From positions 1 through 35,401 of the forward strand of contig PWUO01000073.1 of the NCBI GenBank assembly GCA_003562555.1: DNA of 35,401 nt, given 5' to 3'. Position 1 is the first letter of the stretch; every line of letters starts with the position of its first letter. The notes under the pieces were generated by a model, which was not told the origin of the DNA, did not search any database, and saw only the letters and a list, made by a program, of their open reading frames with translations. The translations under genes were made by a program, and so were the position numbers. Positions 1-8,265 of the stretch are shown in pieces. Origin of the DNA: Dehalococcoidia bacterium (GTDB lineage Bacteria > Chloroflexota > Dehalococcoidia > GIF9 > AB-539-J10).

Positions 1-1
1 C

Positions 2-124
2 CCATACGAGCCAGACTCAATCCTCGTCGGACTGCTCAAAGAGTTGCAGGGGCAGATTGAGAGCGTTCGCACACAGGTACAGGAGATCAACGAGCGAATC
101 GACGATCTTCACGGGAAGCAGTGA
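2..124 (+). CDS. 3' end of a CDS truncated by the window edge; coiled-coil tail, possibly the C-terminus of another DUF5320-type small protein
   Basis: Open frame from nt 2 to TGA at 122-124. It is absent from the ORF track because it has no start in the window. Translation: PYEPDSILVGLLKELQGQIESVRTQVQEINERIDDLHGKQ*. This is a charged heptad-like helix of the kind at the C-terminus of DUF5320 proteins, and it lies directly upstream of a clear DUF5320 gene. Confidence 0.35.
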   Translation, partial: PYEPDSILVGLLKELQGQIESVRTQVQEINERIDDLHGKQ

Positions 125-174
125 CCACGCAGCGGGTGCTGGTGCTGAACATACATCAACATGGAGGTACAGCG

Positions 175-399
175 ATGCCATGGGGTAACGGAACAGGACC
201 GGGGGGGCGGGGCCCCAGAACCGGTCGCGGTGCCGGGCGCGGTGCCGGACGTGGAAGGATGAGCGGCGACCAACCGGGATCGGGTCCGGGTGGCCTGTGC
301 ATCTGTCCCGCCTGCGGTGAGAAAGCATCACACACGGTCGGGCTCCCGTGCAACACAATGAACTGTCCGCGCTGCGGCGCCAGGATGACACGGGGCTAG
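175..399 (+). CDS. DUF5320-type small protein: Gly/Arg-rich N-terminus plus C-terminal 4-Cys zinc ribbon
   Basis: Internal ATG at 175 of ORF 121..399 is preceded by GGAGGT (164-169). The N-terminus MPWGNGTGPGGRGPRTGRGAGRGAGRG matches the DUF5320 signature (MPxGDGTGPxGxGPxTGRG). The C-terminus CICPACG...CNTMNCPRCG has two CxxC pairs. Confidence 0.75.
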   Translation: MPWGNGTGPGGRGPRTGRGAGRGAGRGRMSGDQPGSGPGGLCICPACGEKASHTVGLPCNTMNCPRCGARMTRG

Positions 400-402
400 C
401 AC

Positions 403-1245
403 ATGATAATCTCTGTCGCAAGCGGTAAGGGTGGCACCGGCAAGACACTCGTGGCAACGAGTCTTACCCTGGCGCTCAAGGACACTATGCCGGTGACGCT
501 GCTCGATTGCGACGTTGAGGAGCCGAACGCCCACATCTACGTGAACGCCAGGCTCACGTGCACCAGCCCGGTGACCATACCGGTGCCCTTCGTCAATGAG
601 TCCATGTGCACCTCGTGCGGTGTCTGTCAGGACGTGTGTGCGTTCAACGCGATCGTGGTACTCGGTTCTGCAGTGCTCACCTTCAAGGAGCTCTGCCACG
701 GTTGCGGCGCATGTACGCGGTTCTGCCCGGTGGGCGCTATCACTGAGGTTCCTCATGAGATCGGAATCGTAGAGGAGGGCGATGCGGACGGGTTCTCGTT
801 CGTGGACGGGGTGCTGACAATCGGACAACCCATGGCGCCCCCCATCATCCGAAACGTCAAGCGACACCACGGGAACGACGGCGTCACCATAATCGATGCC
901 TCTCCCGGAACATCGTGTCCCGTGGTCGAGGCGGTGAGCGGAAGCGACTTCTGTCTCCTCGTAACCGAACCAACTCCGTTTGGCCTGCACGATCTTCGAC
1001 TCGCGGTCGAGACAATGCGTGAACTCGGCATTCCCCACGGAGCCATTATCAATCGCGCGGGAATTGGAGACACGCGTACGGAAGAATACTGCCACCGTGA
1101 GGGAGTGCCGCTATTGATGACGATCCCGTTCGATGAACGCATTGCGAAATCGTACTCGCGCGGCATACCCCTGGTCGAGGCACTGCCGGAATACCGACAG
1201 CAGTTTCTCGAGCTGTTCCAGCATATCAGGGAGCGTATCGCATGA
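403..1245 (+). CDS. MinD/ParA-superfamily P-loop ATPase with inserted 2x[4Fe-4S] ferredoxin domain
   Basis: Deviant Walker A SGKGGTGKT at the N-terminus, then DCDVEEPN. Two ferredoxin motifs are present: CTSCGVCQDVC and CHGCGACTRFC. The stop overlaps the next start (ATGA at 1242). Confidence 0.9.
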   Translation: MIISVASGKGGTGKTLVATSLTLALKDTMPVTLLDCDVEEPNAHIYVNARLTCTSPVTIPVPFVNESMCTSCGVCQDVCAFNAIVVLGSAVLTFKELCHGCGACTRFCPVGAITEVPHEIGIVEEGDADGFSFVDGVLTIGQPMAPPIIRNVKRHHGNDGVTIIDASPGTSCPVVEAVSGSDFCLLVTEPTPFGLHDLRLAVETMRELGIPHGAIINRAGIGDTRTEEYCHREGVPLLMTIPFDERIAKSYSRGIPLVEALPEYRQQFLELFQHIRERIA

Positions 1246-2114
1246 AAGAGGTCGTCGTTCTCAGCGGTAAGGGCGGCACGGGCAAGACCAGCATCGTGGG
1301 CGCGTTTGCAGCACTGGCGAAGAACACGGTGCTGGCGGACTGCGACGTCGATGCAGCCGATCTGCACCTGCTCCTGTCGCCCTCAACGCGCGAGGAACAC
1401 GAGTTCTGGAGCGGTCAGGTGGCAGAGATAGACATTGAACGCTGCACCCGTTGCGGTTTGTGCGAGGAGATATGTCGATTTGAAGCCATACACGACTTCA
1501 CGATCGGACGAGTCGGTTGCGAGGGTTGCGGACTGTGTGCCCGACTGTGTCCAGCGGGTGCGATCCGTATGAAGGATAACCTCGCCGGACGCTGGTTTAT
1601 CTCGGACACTCGATTCGGCTCCCTGGTCCACGCCCGCCTCGGTATCGCACAGGAGAACTCTGGAAAACTGGTTCACCTTGTGCGGCAGAAGGCGAAGGAG
1701 GTCGCACTCAGCGAGGGAACGGACATCACCATCAACGACGGTCCTCCCGGCATCGGTTGTGCGGTGATATCGTCGCTCTCCGGCGCGAACCTCGCGTGCA
1801 TCGTGACCGAACCATCGCTGTCGGGCATTCACGACATGGAACGTGTGCTGTCGGTGTGCCGGCACTTCGGCATACCGGCCCTCGTGTGCATCAACAAGCA
1901 CGATATCAACGAAGAGGGAACGCAACAGATCGAACGGTACTGCAACAGCAACGGTATCACCGTGGCAGCGAGAATACCATTCGACCGCAGGGTGACCGAG
2001 GCTCAGGTGGAAGGAGTATCATTGCCTGAGTACACCAGCGACAGATACATCACAGCACCGATCGAACAGGCGTGGGAGGCGGTGTGTGCGCGATTCGACG
2101 ACAAGGAATCCTGA
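1242..2114 (+). CDS. Second MinD/ParA-superfamily P-loop ATPase with 2x[4Fe-4S] ferredoxin insert (paralogue of 403..1245)
   Basis: SGKGGTGKT, DCDVDAAD, CTRCGLCEEIC and CEGCGLCARLC. Translationally coupled to the upstream gene. Confidence 0.9.
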   Translation: MKEVVVLSGKGGTGKTSIVGAFAALAKNTVLADCDVDAADLHLLLSPSTREEHEFWSGQVAEIDIERCTRCGLCEEICRFEAIHDFTIGRVGCEGCGLCARLCPAGAIRMKDNLAGRWFISDTRFGSLVHARLGIAQENSGKLVHLVRQKAKEVALSEGTDITINDGPPGIGCAVISSLSGANLACIVTEPSLSGIHDMERVLSVCRHFGIPALVCINKHDINEEGTQQIERYCNSNGITVAARIPFDRRVTEAQVEGVSLPEYTSDRYITAPIEQAWEAVCARFDDKES

Positions 2115-2169
2115 CGCATGCAGTCTGCAGACCAAAGCCATATTCAGAACGTACGAGGAGAGTCAATCC

Positions 2170-2523
2170 ATGAGATATGCGGTACCAGTGACAGATGGCA
2201 ACGTGGCCACGCACTTCGGACATTGTGAGGCGTTCGCAATGTTCGACGTGGATGACGCTACCGGGACCATAGTCGACAGAGTCCTCGTGCCCTCTCCCGG
2301 GCATCAGCCCGGATTCCTGCCGGGGTGGCTGGCGGAGCAGGGCGTATCGGCGATAATCGCCGGCGGTATGGGGCCACGAGCGGTGAGCCTCTTCGAGGAG
2401 AACCGGGTTCAGGTAATCCTCGGAGCACCGAACGATCACCCTGAGTCAATCGTGAAGGCGTTCCTGGAAGGGAAGCTTGCAACAGGCGACAACGTCTGTG
2501 ACCACGACCACGGCGGCATATGA
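2170..2523 (+). CDS. NifX/NifB-C-terminal family protein (dinitrogenase Fe-Mo cofactor biosynthesis domain)
   Basis: Internal ATG at 2170 is preceded by GAGGAG (2154-2159). MRYAVPVTDGNVATHFGHCEAFAMFDV...GHQPGFLPGWLAEQGVSAIIAGGMGPRAVSLFEENRVQV is the typical NifX/NafY-like fold signature (HFGhc..f.i.d, iiag.iG..a...l...gi.v). Confidence 0.85.
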   Translation: MRYAVPVTDGNVATHFGHCEAFAMFDVDDATGTIVDRVLVPSPGHQPGFLPGWLAEQGVSAIIAGGMGPRAVSLFEENRVQVILGAPNDHPESIVKAFLEGKLATGDNVCDHDHGGI

Positions 2524-2545
2524 TACGAGGAAATGGTGCCCACAC

Positions 2546-2674
2546 ATGGATGAACAACTGATCCGGATACTGGATTCGATCGTCGTTCCAGGTGCCGAAC
2601 GCAGCGTGGTGCAACGGAGACAGGTTCACAGCGTCGCGTACCTGCACCGTACGACAGCTCATACGACATCGTGA
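2546..2674 (+). pseudogene. Possible remnant of an Mrp/NBP35 (DUF59-like) N-terminus, or a spurious or unknown 42-aa ORF
   Basis: MDEQLIRILDSIVVPGAERSVVQ... resembles the start of Mrp/ApbC proteins (..vl.aL..v.dPg...siv.lgmv). Such proteins often close this kind of cluster. The ORF stops after 42 codons and has no good RBS. Confidence 0.2.
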
Positions 2675-2860
2675 GAGGACCGCATGCACGCTCGTGGCCA
2701 CCCGCCCGCAATCCGAACCCGGTCGACCACAATATGACAAGCCGCGAAAATCGAGCTATCCTGTAGCGAAAGGTGTTCTAAGGGCACCAGACCCGCTGGC
2801 AACCCCCGCCGTCACCGCCCGACCGCACTCAACCTGATCCCAGCACAAATGGAGGGCGAC

Positions 2861-4345
2861 ATGAATCTGCTACTGGTATATCCTCAGATCCCGGAGACGT
2901 TCTGGAGCTTCAAGCACGCGCTACGCTTCGTATCGCGCACGGCAACTTTCCCGCCCCTCGGACTTCTGACCGTGGCCTCAATGCTGCCGGAGGAGTGGGA
3001 GAAGAGACTTGTCGACACCAATACGACGAGGCTTACAGACGACGACATAGTCTGGGCTGACTACGTGTTTATCAGCGCAATGGTGGTGCAACAGGAATCT
3101 GCGCGCGAGATCATCGACCAATGTAAGCGCCTCGATACCAGGATAGTTGCAGGTGGACCACTCTTCAGGCCGGGTTACGAGGAACTCGGTTTCGATGATG
3201 TCGACCATCTTGTATATGGTGAAGCGGAAGGCATACTGCCGCGCCTGATCGAAGACCTGCAGAACGGATGTGCACGACACATCTACTCTGCTCCGGAGTT
3301 GCCGGATATCACGTCGAGCCCCATCCCCATGTGGTCCCTGGTCAAGAATCGTCGGTACCAGATGATGAACCTGCAGTACTCACGGGGCTGTCCCTTCAAC
3401 TGCGAGTTCTGCGACATCGTCGTGATGAACGGCCATGTCCCCCGCACCAAGACACGCGAGCAGGTTCTGGCCGAGCTTGACGCGCTGTACCATCACGGGT
3501 GGCGTGGAGGTGTCTTCTTCACGGATGACAACTTCATCGGTAACAAGGGCAAATTGAAACACGAGATCCTCCCTGCGATCATCCAGTGGAGCAATGACAG
3601 GAAGCGGCCGTTCACCTTCGTTACCGAGGCCTCCATCAATCTTGCCGACGACGAGGAGTTGATGCAACTGATGGTTGCGGCAGGCTTCGATACCGTCTTC
3701 GTAGGTATCGAAAGTCCGAATGAAGAAAGCCTGATTGAATGCAACAAGATGCCGAACAAAGGACGCGACCTGCTCGCATCGGTGAAGCGCATCCAGCGCC
3801 ATGGACTCCAGGTTCAGGGAGGGTTCATCGTCGGATTCGACGGAGATCCACCTTCCATCTTCCGAAACCAGATCAGTTTCATCCAGAATAGCGGCATCGT
3901 CACTGCAATGGTTGGTGTGCTCATGGCACCGCCAGGAACCCCGCTCTACAAGCGTCTCCGGGACGAGCATCGACTCCTCCCCGGGGGGACCGGCAACAAC
4001 ACCGACGGCTCGACGAACTTCGTCCCGAAGATGGGATTAGAACCCCTTGTCAGCGGCTACAGGCATGTGGTGAGTACGATCTATTCGCCGCAGCACTATT
4101 ACGATCGCATACTCACGTTTCTCAGGGAGTACCAGCCACAGGCTGTTCGCAGAGATAGTGTCAGCCCACGTTACATAAGGGCGTTGCTGCGCTGCATGTG
4201 GACTGTGGGCCTCAAAGAGAAAGGCCGGAAGCACTACTGGAGACTCTTCGGTTGGACGCTGTTACGAAAGCCACGCTGCTTCCCGCTCTTCACAACGTTC
4301 GCCGTGCAAGGATATCACTGCCGTAAGGTTGCGGAGAGTACATAG
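2861..4345 (+). CDS. B12-binding-domain radical SAM protein with DUF4070-type C-terminus
   Basis: ATG at 2861 is preceded by GGAGGG (2852-2857). The N-terminal B12-binding fold is LLVYPQ...PPLGLLTVASMLP...DYVFISAMVVQ. The radical SAM motif is YSRGCPFNCEFCDIV (CxxxCxxC). The C-terminal part is like DUF4070 proteins. Confidence 0.9.
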   Translation: MNLLLVYPQIPETFWSFKHALRFVSRTATFPPLGLLTVASMLPEEWEKRLVDTNTTRLTDDDIVWADYVFISAMVVQQESAREIIDQCKRLDTRIVAGGPLFRPGYEELGFDDVDHLVYGEAEGILPRLIEDLQNGCARHIYSAPELPDITSSPIPMWSLVKNRRYQMMNLQYSRGCPFNCEFCDIVVMNGHVPRTKTREQVLAELDALYHHGWRGGVFFTDDNFIGNKGKLKHEILPAIIQWSNDRKRPFTFVTEASINLADDEELMQLMVAAGFDTVFVGIESPNEESLIECNKMPNKGRDLLASVKRIQRHGLQVQGGFIVGFDGDPPSIFRNQISFIQNSGIVTAMVGVLMAPPGTPLYKRLRDEHRLLPGGTGNNTDGSTNFVPKMGLEPLVSGYRHVVSTIYSPQHYYDRILTFLREYQPQAVRRDSVSPRYIRALLRCMWTVGLKEKGRKHYWRLFGWTLLRKPRCFPLFTTFAVQGYHCRKVAEST

Positions 4346-4711
4346 CGCGATCAGTCGATGGAACCCTTATGATCAAAGACCTTCGAGGAGGCTGCCGCCG
4401 TCAGGGGCTGTCACTGTGCCTCTCTTGAGGCCGCGCGCACAGACCGCCGTAACGTCGCATTCCACAAGATCACCATGGGAGTTCCTTCCCCATGCGATTC
4501 CCTCATGGCCTTCACGACTCCTTCACAAACACATGCTAATTTGTGGCATGACATTCAGCCGGGGCGAGCAGTGCAGCGTGAGCGCTGACCATCAGACTCT
4601 TCCGCCCGCAGTCCATGTTGTTTCAGCTGAAGAATCGTGGGGCCCAGTTCGCGCCAACGTGATAACACGGGCGCGTTTCATTACCCAGAGCCAGTGACTG
4701 ATCCGAAGTGT

Positions 4712-4763
4712 TTGCCAAAAGGGAGTACTCATACGTATATTGTTGACTACTTTACTCAACAAT
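4712..4763 (+). promoter_or_regulatory. Candidate sigma70 promoter plus palindromic operator for the rrf2-ABC-lipoprotein operon
   Basis: TTGCCA (4712-4717), 18 nt spacer, TATATT (4736-4741). A perfect 8-bp inverted repeat ATTGTTGA-N9-TCAACAAT (4739-4763) overlaps the -10/+1 region, 20 nt before the rrf2 ATG. This is an AT-rich island in GC-rich DNA. Confidence 0.45.
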
Positions 4764-4782
4764 TCCGCTGGAGGAACCGTCG

Positions 4783-5298
4783 ATGAAGCTGAGCACCCGG
4801 CCCCGATACGGAATGAGAGCACTCGTCGATATTGCGACACATAGCAAGGATGAGCCGGTGCGACTCAAGGAGATTGCGCGACGCCAGAACGTGTCCCTGT
4901 CTTACCTCGAGCATATCGTCGGCCCATTGATCTCGGGAGGCATACTGCGAAGCACCCGGGGACCAGGTGGTGGCGTGTCACTTCTGGCGAAGCCGGAAGA
5001 GATCAGTCTGGAACGCGTAGTCGGGCTGCTGGAGGGTCCGCTCGGTGCGACAGATTGTGTAGTTCAATCCGATATCTGTTCCCGTGCGGGCCAGTGTGCA
5101 ACGCGGTCGCTCTGGGTAGAGGTTTCGGATGCCATGCGTGAGGTCCTCAGAGGAAAGACTCTTGCCGATCTCATGCAGACCGACACCGATACCGCCGGGG
5201 AGGGTTCCTGCACACCACAATCGTTCAGACCACTGCAGGAGCCGGTCTCATTGTCACCGCGAACGTCATCCAGAGACACTCAAGGAGGGGGGTCATGA
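4783..5298 (+). CDS. Rrf2-family transcriptional regulator with Fe-S-type Cys triad (IscR/NsrR-like)
   Basis: MKLSTRPRYGMRALVDIA...VRLKEIARRQNVSLSYLEHIV..L...GILRSTRGPGGGVSL is the canonical Rrf2 wHTH. The Cys triad is DCVVQSDICSRAGQCA (CX6CX5C). RBS GGAGGA at 4769-4774. The stop overlaps the permease start (ATGA at 5295). Confidence 0.9.
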   Translation: MKLSTRPRYGMRALVDIATHSKDEPVRLKEIARRQNVSLSYLEHIVGPLISGGILRSTRGPGGGVSLLAKPEEISLERVVGLLEGPLGATDCVVQSDICSRAGQCATRSLWVEVSDAMREVLRGKTLADLMQTDTDTAGEGSCTPQSFRPLQEPVSLSPRTSSRDTQGGGS

Positions 5299-6488
5299 GG
5301 TTAACCACCATCGTGGTGAAGGACATGCTACGGCGAAAGCGCCGCGTGTTCCACTCGGTCTTCGGTGTATCGATAGGCATAATGACGGTCATTGCGATGC
5401 TTACCGTGGCAAATTCCGGAGAGCAGTTGCTGCGCCTGGAACTTGAGCGGTACGGTCCCAATCTGACGATTGTCCCTGACACGGCCAGAATGAATGTGGA
5501 ACTCGGGGGACTGACCATGGGCTCCGTCACAGTTGGTGAGACCATGCTGGACAACGCAGTACTGCCGCATATTCAACAGGTCGCGGATGATGCGATACGT
5601 GCCGACATGGGAATATCGACCCCTGGCCCCATCGCAATCGTTGCCCCTCGATTGTATCTTCCGGCCACGGTGGATGAGCGCAACGTAACTGTCGTCGGTG
5701 TGTCGCCGGGTGAGGAACGGGCGATCCGCGTATGGTGGGATTTCTCCGAGGGCGGTTACCTCACGGGCACCAGTGATATCGTAGCGGGGGCCGTTGCGGC
5801 CAGTTCACTCGGGCTGTCCGTTGGCCAGACAGTCAATATCTCAGGACATGACTACACCGTCGCAGGAGTGCTGGGAGAGAGCGGATCCAACGACGATTTC
5901 CTGCTTTTCGTACCACTGACCACCCTTCAGGAGACTTCCGGAAAGGGCCATGTCGTGTCCACTGTGGACGTGCGCGCGCTCTGCACCGGATGTCCCGTCG
6001 AGAAGATCGCGCACGCGCTTACCATGGACATTCCGGGCGTTCATGCAGTCGCCGTCCGGCAGGTGGCGGAAGCGGAACTCGGTATGTGGCATGGAATGCG
6101 TGCGATCGTGCTCATGCTCGCCTCGGTGACACTTCTGGTTGGACTGTTCGGCGTCATGAACGCCATGTCAGCGATGGTGGCGGAGCGAAGAAAGGATATC
6201 GGCATCATGCGTGCCGTGGGTGCGTCCCGAAGACAGATACTGTCGATGTTCATTCAGGAGGCCGTCTTCCTTGGACTGCTGGGAGGAATCGGCGGATACG
6301 TGGCTGGACTACTGCTCGCCATGGCCGTCGGGCCGTTCGTACTTGGAGGTGTGGTCGTAACGCCCGTATTCGAGTACATCCCACTCGCAGTGGGTCTGGC
6401 CGCTGCCATATCGATGGTCGCGGCCCTGCACCCCGCACTCGGCGCTGCGCGTATGCGCGTGGCAGACGCTGTAAGAACGTCCTCGTAG
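5295..6488 (+). CDS. ABC transporter permease, FtsX/MacB type (N-terminal TM, large extracytoplasmic domain, C-terminal FtsX 3-TM bundle)
   Basis: VKDMLRRKRRVFHSVFGVSIGIMTVIAM (TM1) is followed by a roughly 230-aa soluble domain. Then comes the FtsX region ...ERRKDIGIMRAVGASRRQILSMFIQEAVFLGLLGGIGGYVAG.... Confidence 0.9.
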   Translation: MRLTTIVVKDMLRRKRRVFHSVFGVSIGIMTVIAMLTVANSGEQLLRLELERYGPNLTIVPDTARMNVELGGLTMGSVTVGETMLDNAVLPHIQQVADDAIRADMGISTPGPIAIVAPRLYLPATVDERNVTVVGVSPGEERAIRVWWDFSEGGYLTGTSDIVAGAVAASSLGLSVGQTVNISGHDYTVAGVLGESGSNDDFLLFVPLTTLQETSGKGHVVSTVDVRALCTGCPVEKIAHALTMDIPGVHAVAVRQVAEAELGMWHGMRAIVLMLASVTLLVGLFGVMNAMSAMVAERRKDIGIMRAVGASRRQILSMFIQEAVFLGLLGGIGGYVAGLLLAMAVGPFVLGGVVVTPVFEYIPLAVGLAAAISMVAALHPALGAARMRVADAVRTSS

Positions 6489-6504
6489 GAGGGAGATCGA
6501 TCAG

Positions 6505-7269
6505 ATGCTTGAACTGAAGAATGTATCGCGAGTGTACGGGCAGGGAGATGCCCAGGTGGTTGCCCTTGACCAGATATCTCTCATAGTTGAACTCGGAGCC
6601 TTCATCTCGGTCGTGGGACCTTCGGGCAGCGGGAAGTCGACGTTGCTGAACGTCATGGGTGGTGTCGACCGCATCACGGGAGGAGAGATACTGTTCGACG
6701 GTGAGCGCTTCGATCTGCTGTCGGAGGAGGACCTGACCACGTTCCGCCGTGGACGTCTCGCCTACGTATTTCAGCAGTATCACCTGATACCGTCGCTGAC
6801 GGTGTTGGAGAACGTGACGCTCCCGATGGTCTTTCGAGGTGAACACGCCAAGGCTCAACGGGCACAGCAGATGCTGAACCGGGTCGGCCTGCAGCACCGG
6901 GCGTCCCACCGCCCCTCGGAACTGAGCGGAGGTGAGCAGCAGAGGGTGGCTATTGCACGAGCACTCGTAAACGACCCTTCGCTCATACTTGCCGATGAAC
7001 CTACAGGAAACCTGGACCAGGCATCCGGCCGGCAGATAATGAGCCTGTTCATGGAACTGAACGATGAGGGGCGCGCCATCGTTATGGTGACCCACAACCC
7101 GCAACTCGCTCGCTGCGCGCGGGAGATAGTTGAATTGACCGACGGACGGCTGGTCTCACGTTCGACTGTTCACAACCGCGGGCTCCCACCATTGCGGGTT
7201 GCCGATTATCACCCAGCGAATATCAAAGAACCGTCAAGCGATGATAATATGATGCGGGTCGCATCGTAA
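6505..7269 (+). CDS. ABC transporter ATP-binding protein (MacB/LolD-like) with a roughly 35-aa C-terminal tail
   Basis: Walker A GPSGSGKST, Q-loop, signature LSGGEQQRVAIARAL, Walker B LILADEPTGNLD, H-loop VTHN. RBS AGGAGGGAG at 6488-6496. Confidence 0.93.
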   Translation: MLELKNVSRVYGQGDAQVVALDQISLIVELGAFISVVGPSGSGKSTLLNVMGGVDRITGGEILFDGERFDLLSEEDLTTFRRGRLAYVFQQYHLIPSLTVLENVTLPMVFRGEHAKAQRAQQMLNRVGLQHRASHRPSELSGGEQQRVAIARALVNDPSLILADEPTGNLDQASGRQIMSLFMELNDEGRAIVMVTHNPQLARCAREIVELTDGRLVSRSTVHNRGLPPLRVADYHPANIKEPSSDDNMMRVAS

Positions 7270-7283
7270 GGAGGCAACTGATC

Positions 7284-7958
7284 ATGCGCAGGCGATCTCT
7301 GCTCATACTCCTGGCAATTCCGCTGCTGGCACTGACCACAGCGTGCGCCGCCATAACCGACCTTATTGAGCGGGAGTCACCGCCTGCAGCAGTGGACGAA
7401 GCGACGCAAGGTACGGACGAGAACACGAATAGCATCGGAGACCCGGCGGATGCGGATCCGTCCAATCCTGCCGATGAGATAGAGTTCACGGGCCTGTCGG
7501 CGAAGACCACGTCGGGCCAGATCTGGGCCGAACCACTTCTTGATACAAGGACGGCAACGATACTTATGTCCGTTGCACAGATGTCTGACCACGTGTACTT
7601 CGAGGTTCCCCATAATGATGGGTCCGCCAGGTTCATGGGTCATTTCGTGGGCAAAGCGTTCCTCGTACGTGCTGCAGTCTGTCCAAACTGTGGGGAGGAA
7701 TCTGTGGAATGGGGTCCGGAAGTGCTGACCTGTGGGTCCTGCGGCACGACGTTCGACCCAATCACCGGAGTAGCGCAGAACGAGGGCCGAAGCTATCCGG
7801 AGGGATGGATCATGAACACTCTGTTTTCAGGAACCATTGTGATGGTACTTGATGACCTGCAGGTGGCCTACGAACGCACCGCCGCAGGCGAGGAAAGGCT
7901 CTTCGAGGGACTTCGTGATACTCCATCAGATGCACGCAGGTGCTCCACGTGCGGGTAG
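7284..7958 (+). CDS. Lipoprotein paralogue 1 with Cys4 zinc-ribbon-like domain (DUF2318-like)
   Basis: Signal peptide plus lipobox LLALTTAC. An acidic/Pro-rich linker follows. Core: HVYFEVP...FMGHFVGKAFLVRAAVCPNCGEESVEWGPEVLTCGSCGTTFDPITG...YPEG...DDLQVAYERT. C-terminal CSTCG tail. RBS AAGGAGG at 7268-7274. Confidence 0.8.
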   Translation: MRRRSLLILLAIPLLALTTACAAITDLIERESPPAAVDEATQGTDENTNSIGDPADADPSNPADEIEFTGLSAKTTSGQIWAEPLLDTRTATILMSVAQMSDHVYFEVPHNDGSARFMGHFVGKAFLVRAAVCPNCGEESVEWGPEVLTCGSCGTTFDPITGVAQNEGRSYPEGWIMNTLFSGTIVMVLDDLQVAYERTAAGEERLFEGLRDTPSDARRCSTCG

Positions 7959-8265
7959 TACCGATCGCATCGGTGTGGCATCGCTGGTCCTATACCTGAT
8001 GAGCGCCCCGCAACAGACTAATCGGACTGGATGCAGTTGAACCTGAAGACTGCTGATAACATGCATCTTCCAGCCACTGTCACTTCTTCCTGACGAGATC
8101 TTCGTTGTTCACGTCCCGCATCCATGACATGCATTGCGTCACGATCCCTGCTGCTGGATAGTTCAAGGAAGATTCTGTTATCGAACGTAAATGGATTCTC
8201 GGCAGGCAGTCCTGATGTGGACGACCGGCCGGGATGAGATAGACCGCGACTCAAGGAGGCAATCA

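Noticed and set aside
328-1095. Long antisense ORFs opposite well-supported genes. Examples: 328..1095, 753..1367, 6250..7104, 10222..11268, 18962..19831, 27963..28868, 29572..30276 and 25298..25954.
   Set aside because: These are typical shadow ORFs of GC-rich DNA. The translations are R/S/P/G/H-rich and show no motifs. There is no RBS. Each lies fully inside a gene on the other strand that has clear family signatures.
4380-4560. Small minus-strand ORFs in the 437-nt spacer before rrf2, for example MRESHGEGTPMVILWNATLRRSVRAASREAQ.
   Set aside because: They are very short, with a poor or distant RBS and no recognisable family. The support is too weak to report as a gene.
7996-8030. Hammerhead-ribozyme-like CUGAUGAG at 7996-8003, and a second CUGACGAG near 8088.
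   Set aside because: No GAAA core element and no three-stem junction can be drawn. It is probably a chance occurrence.
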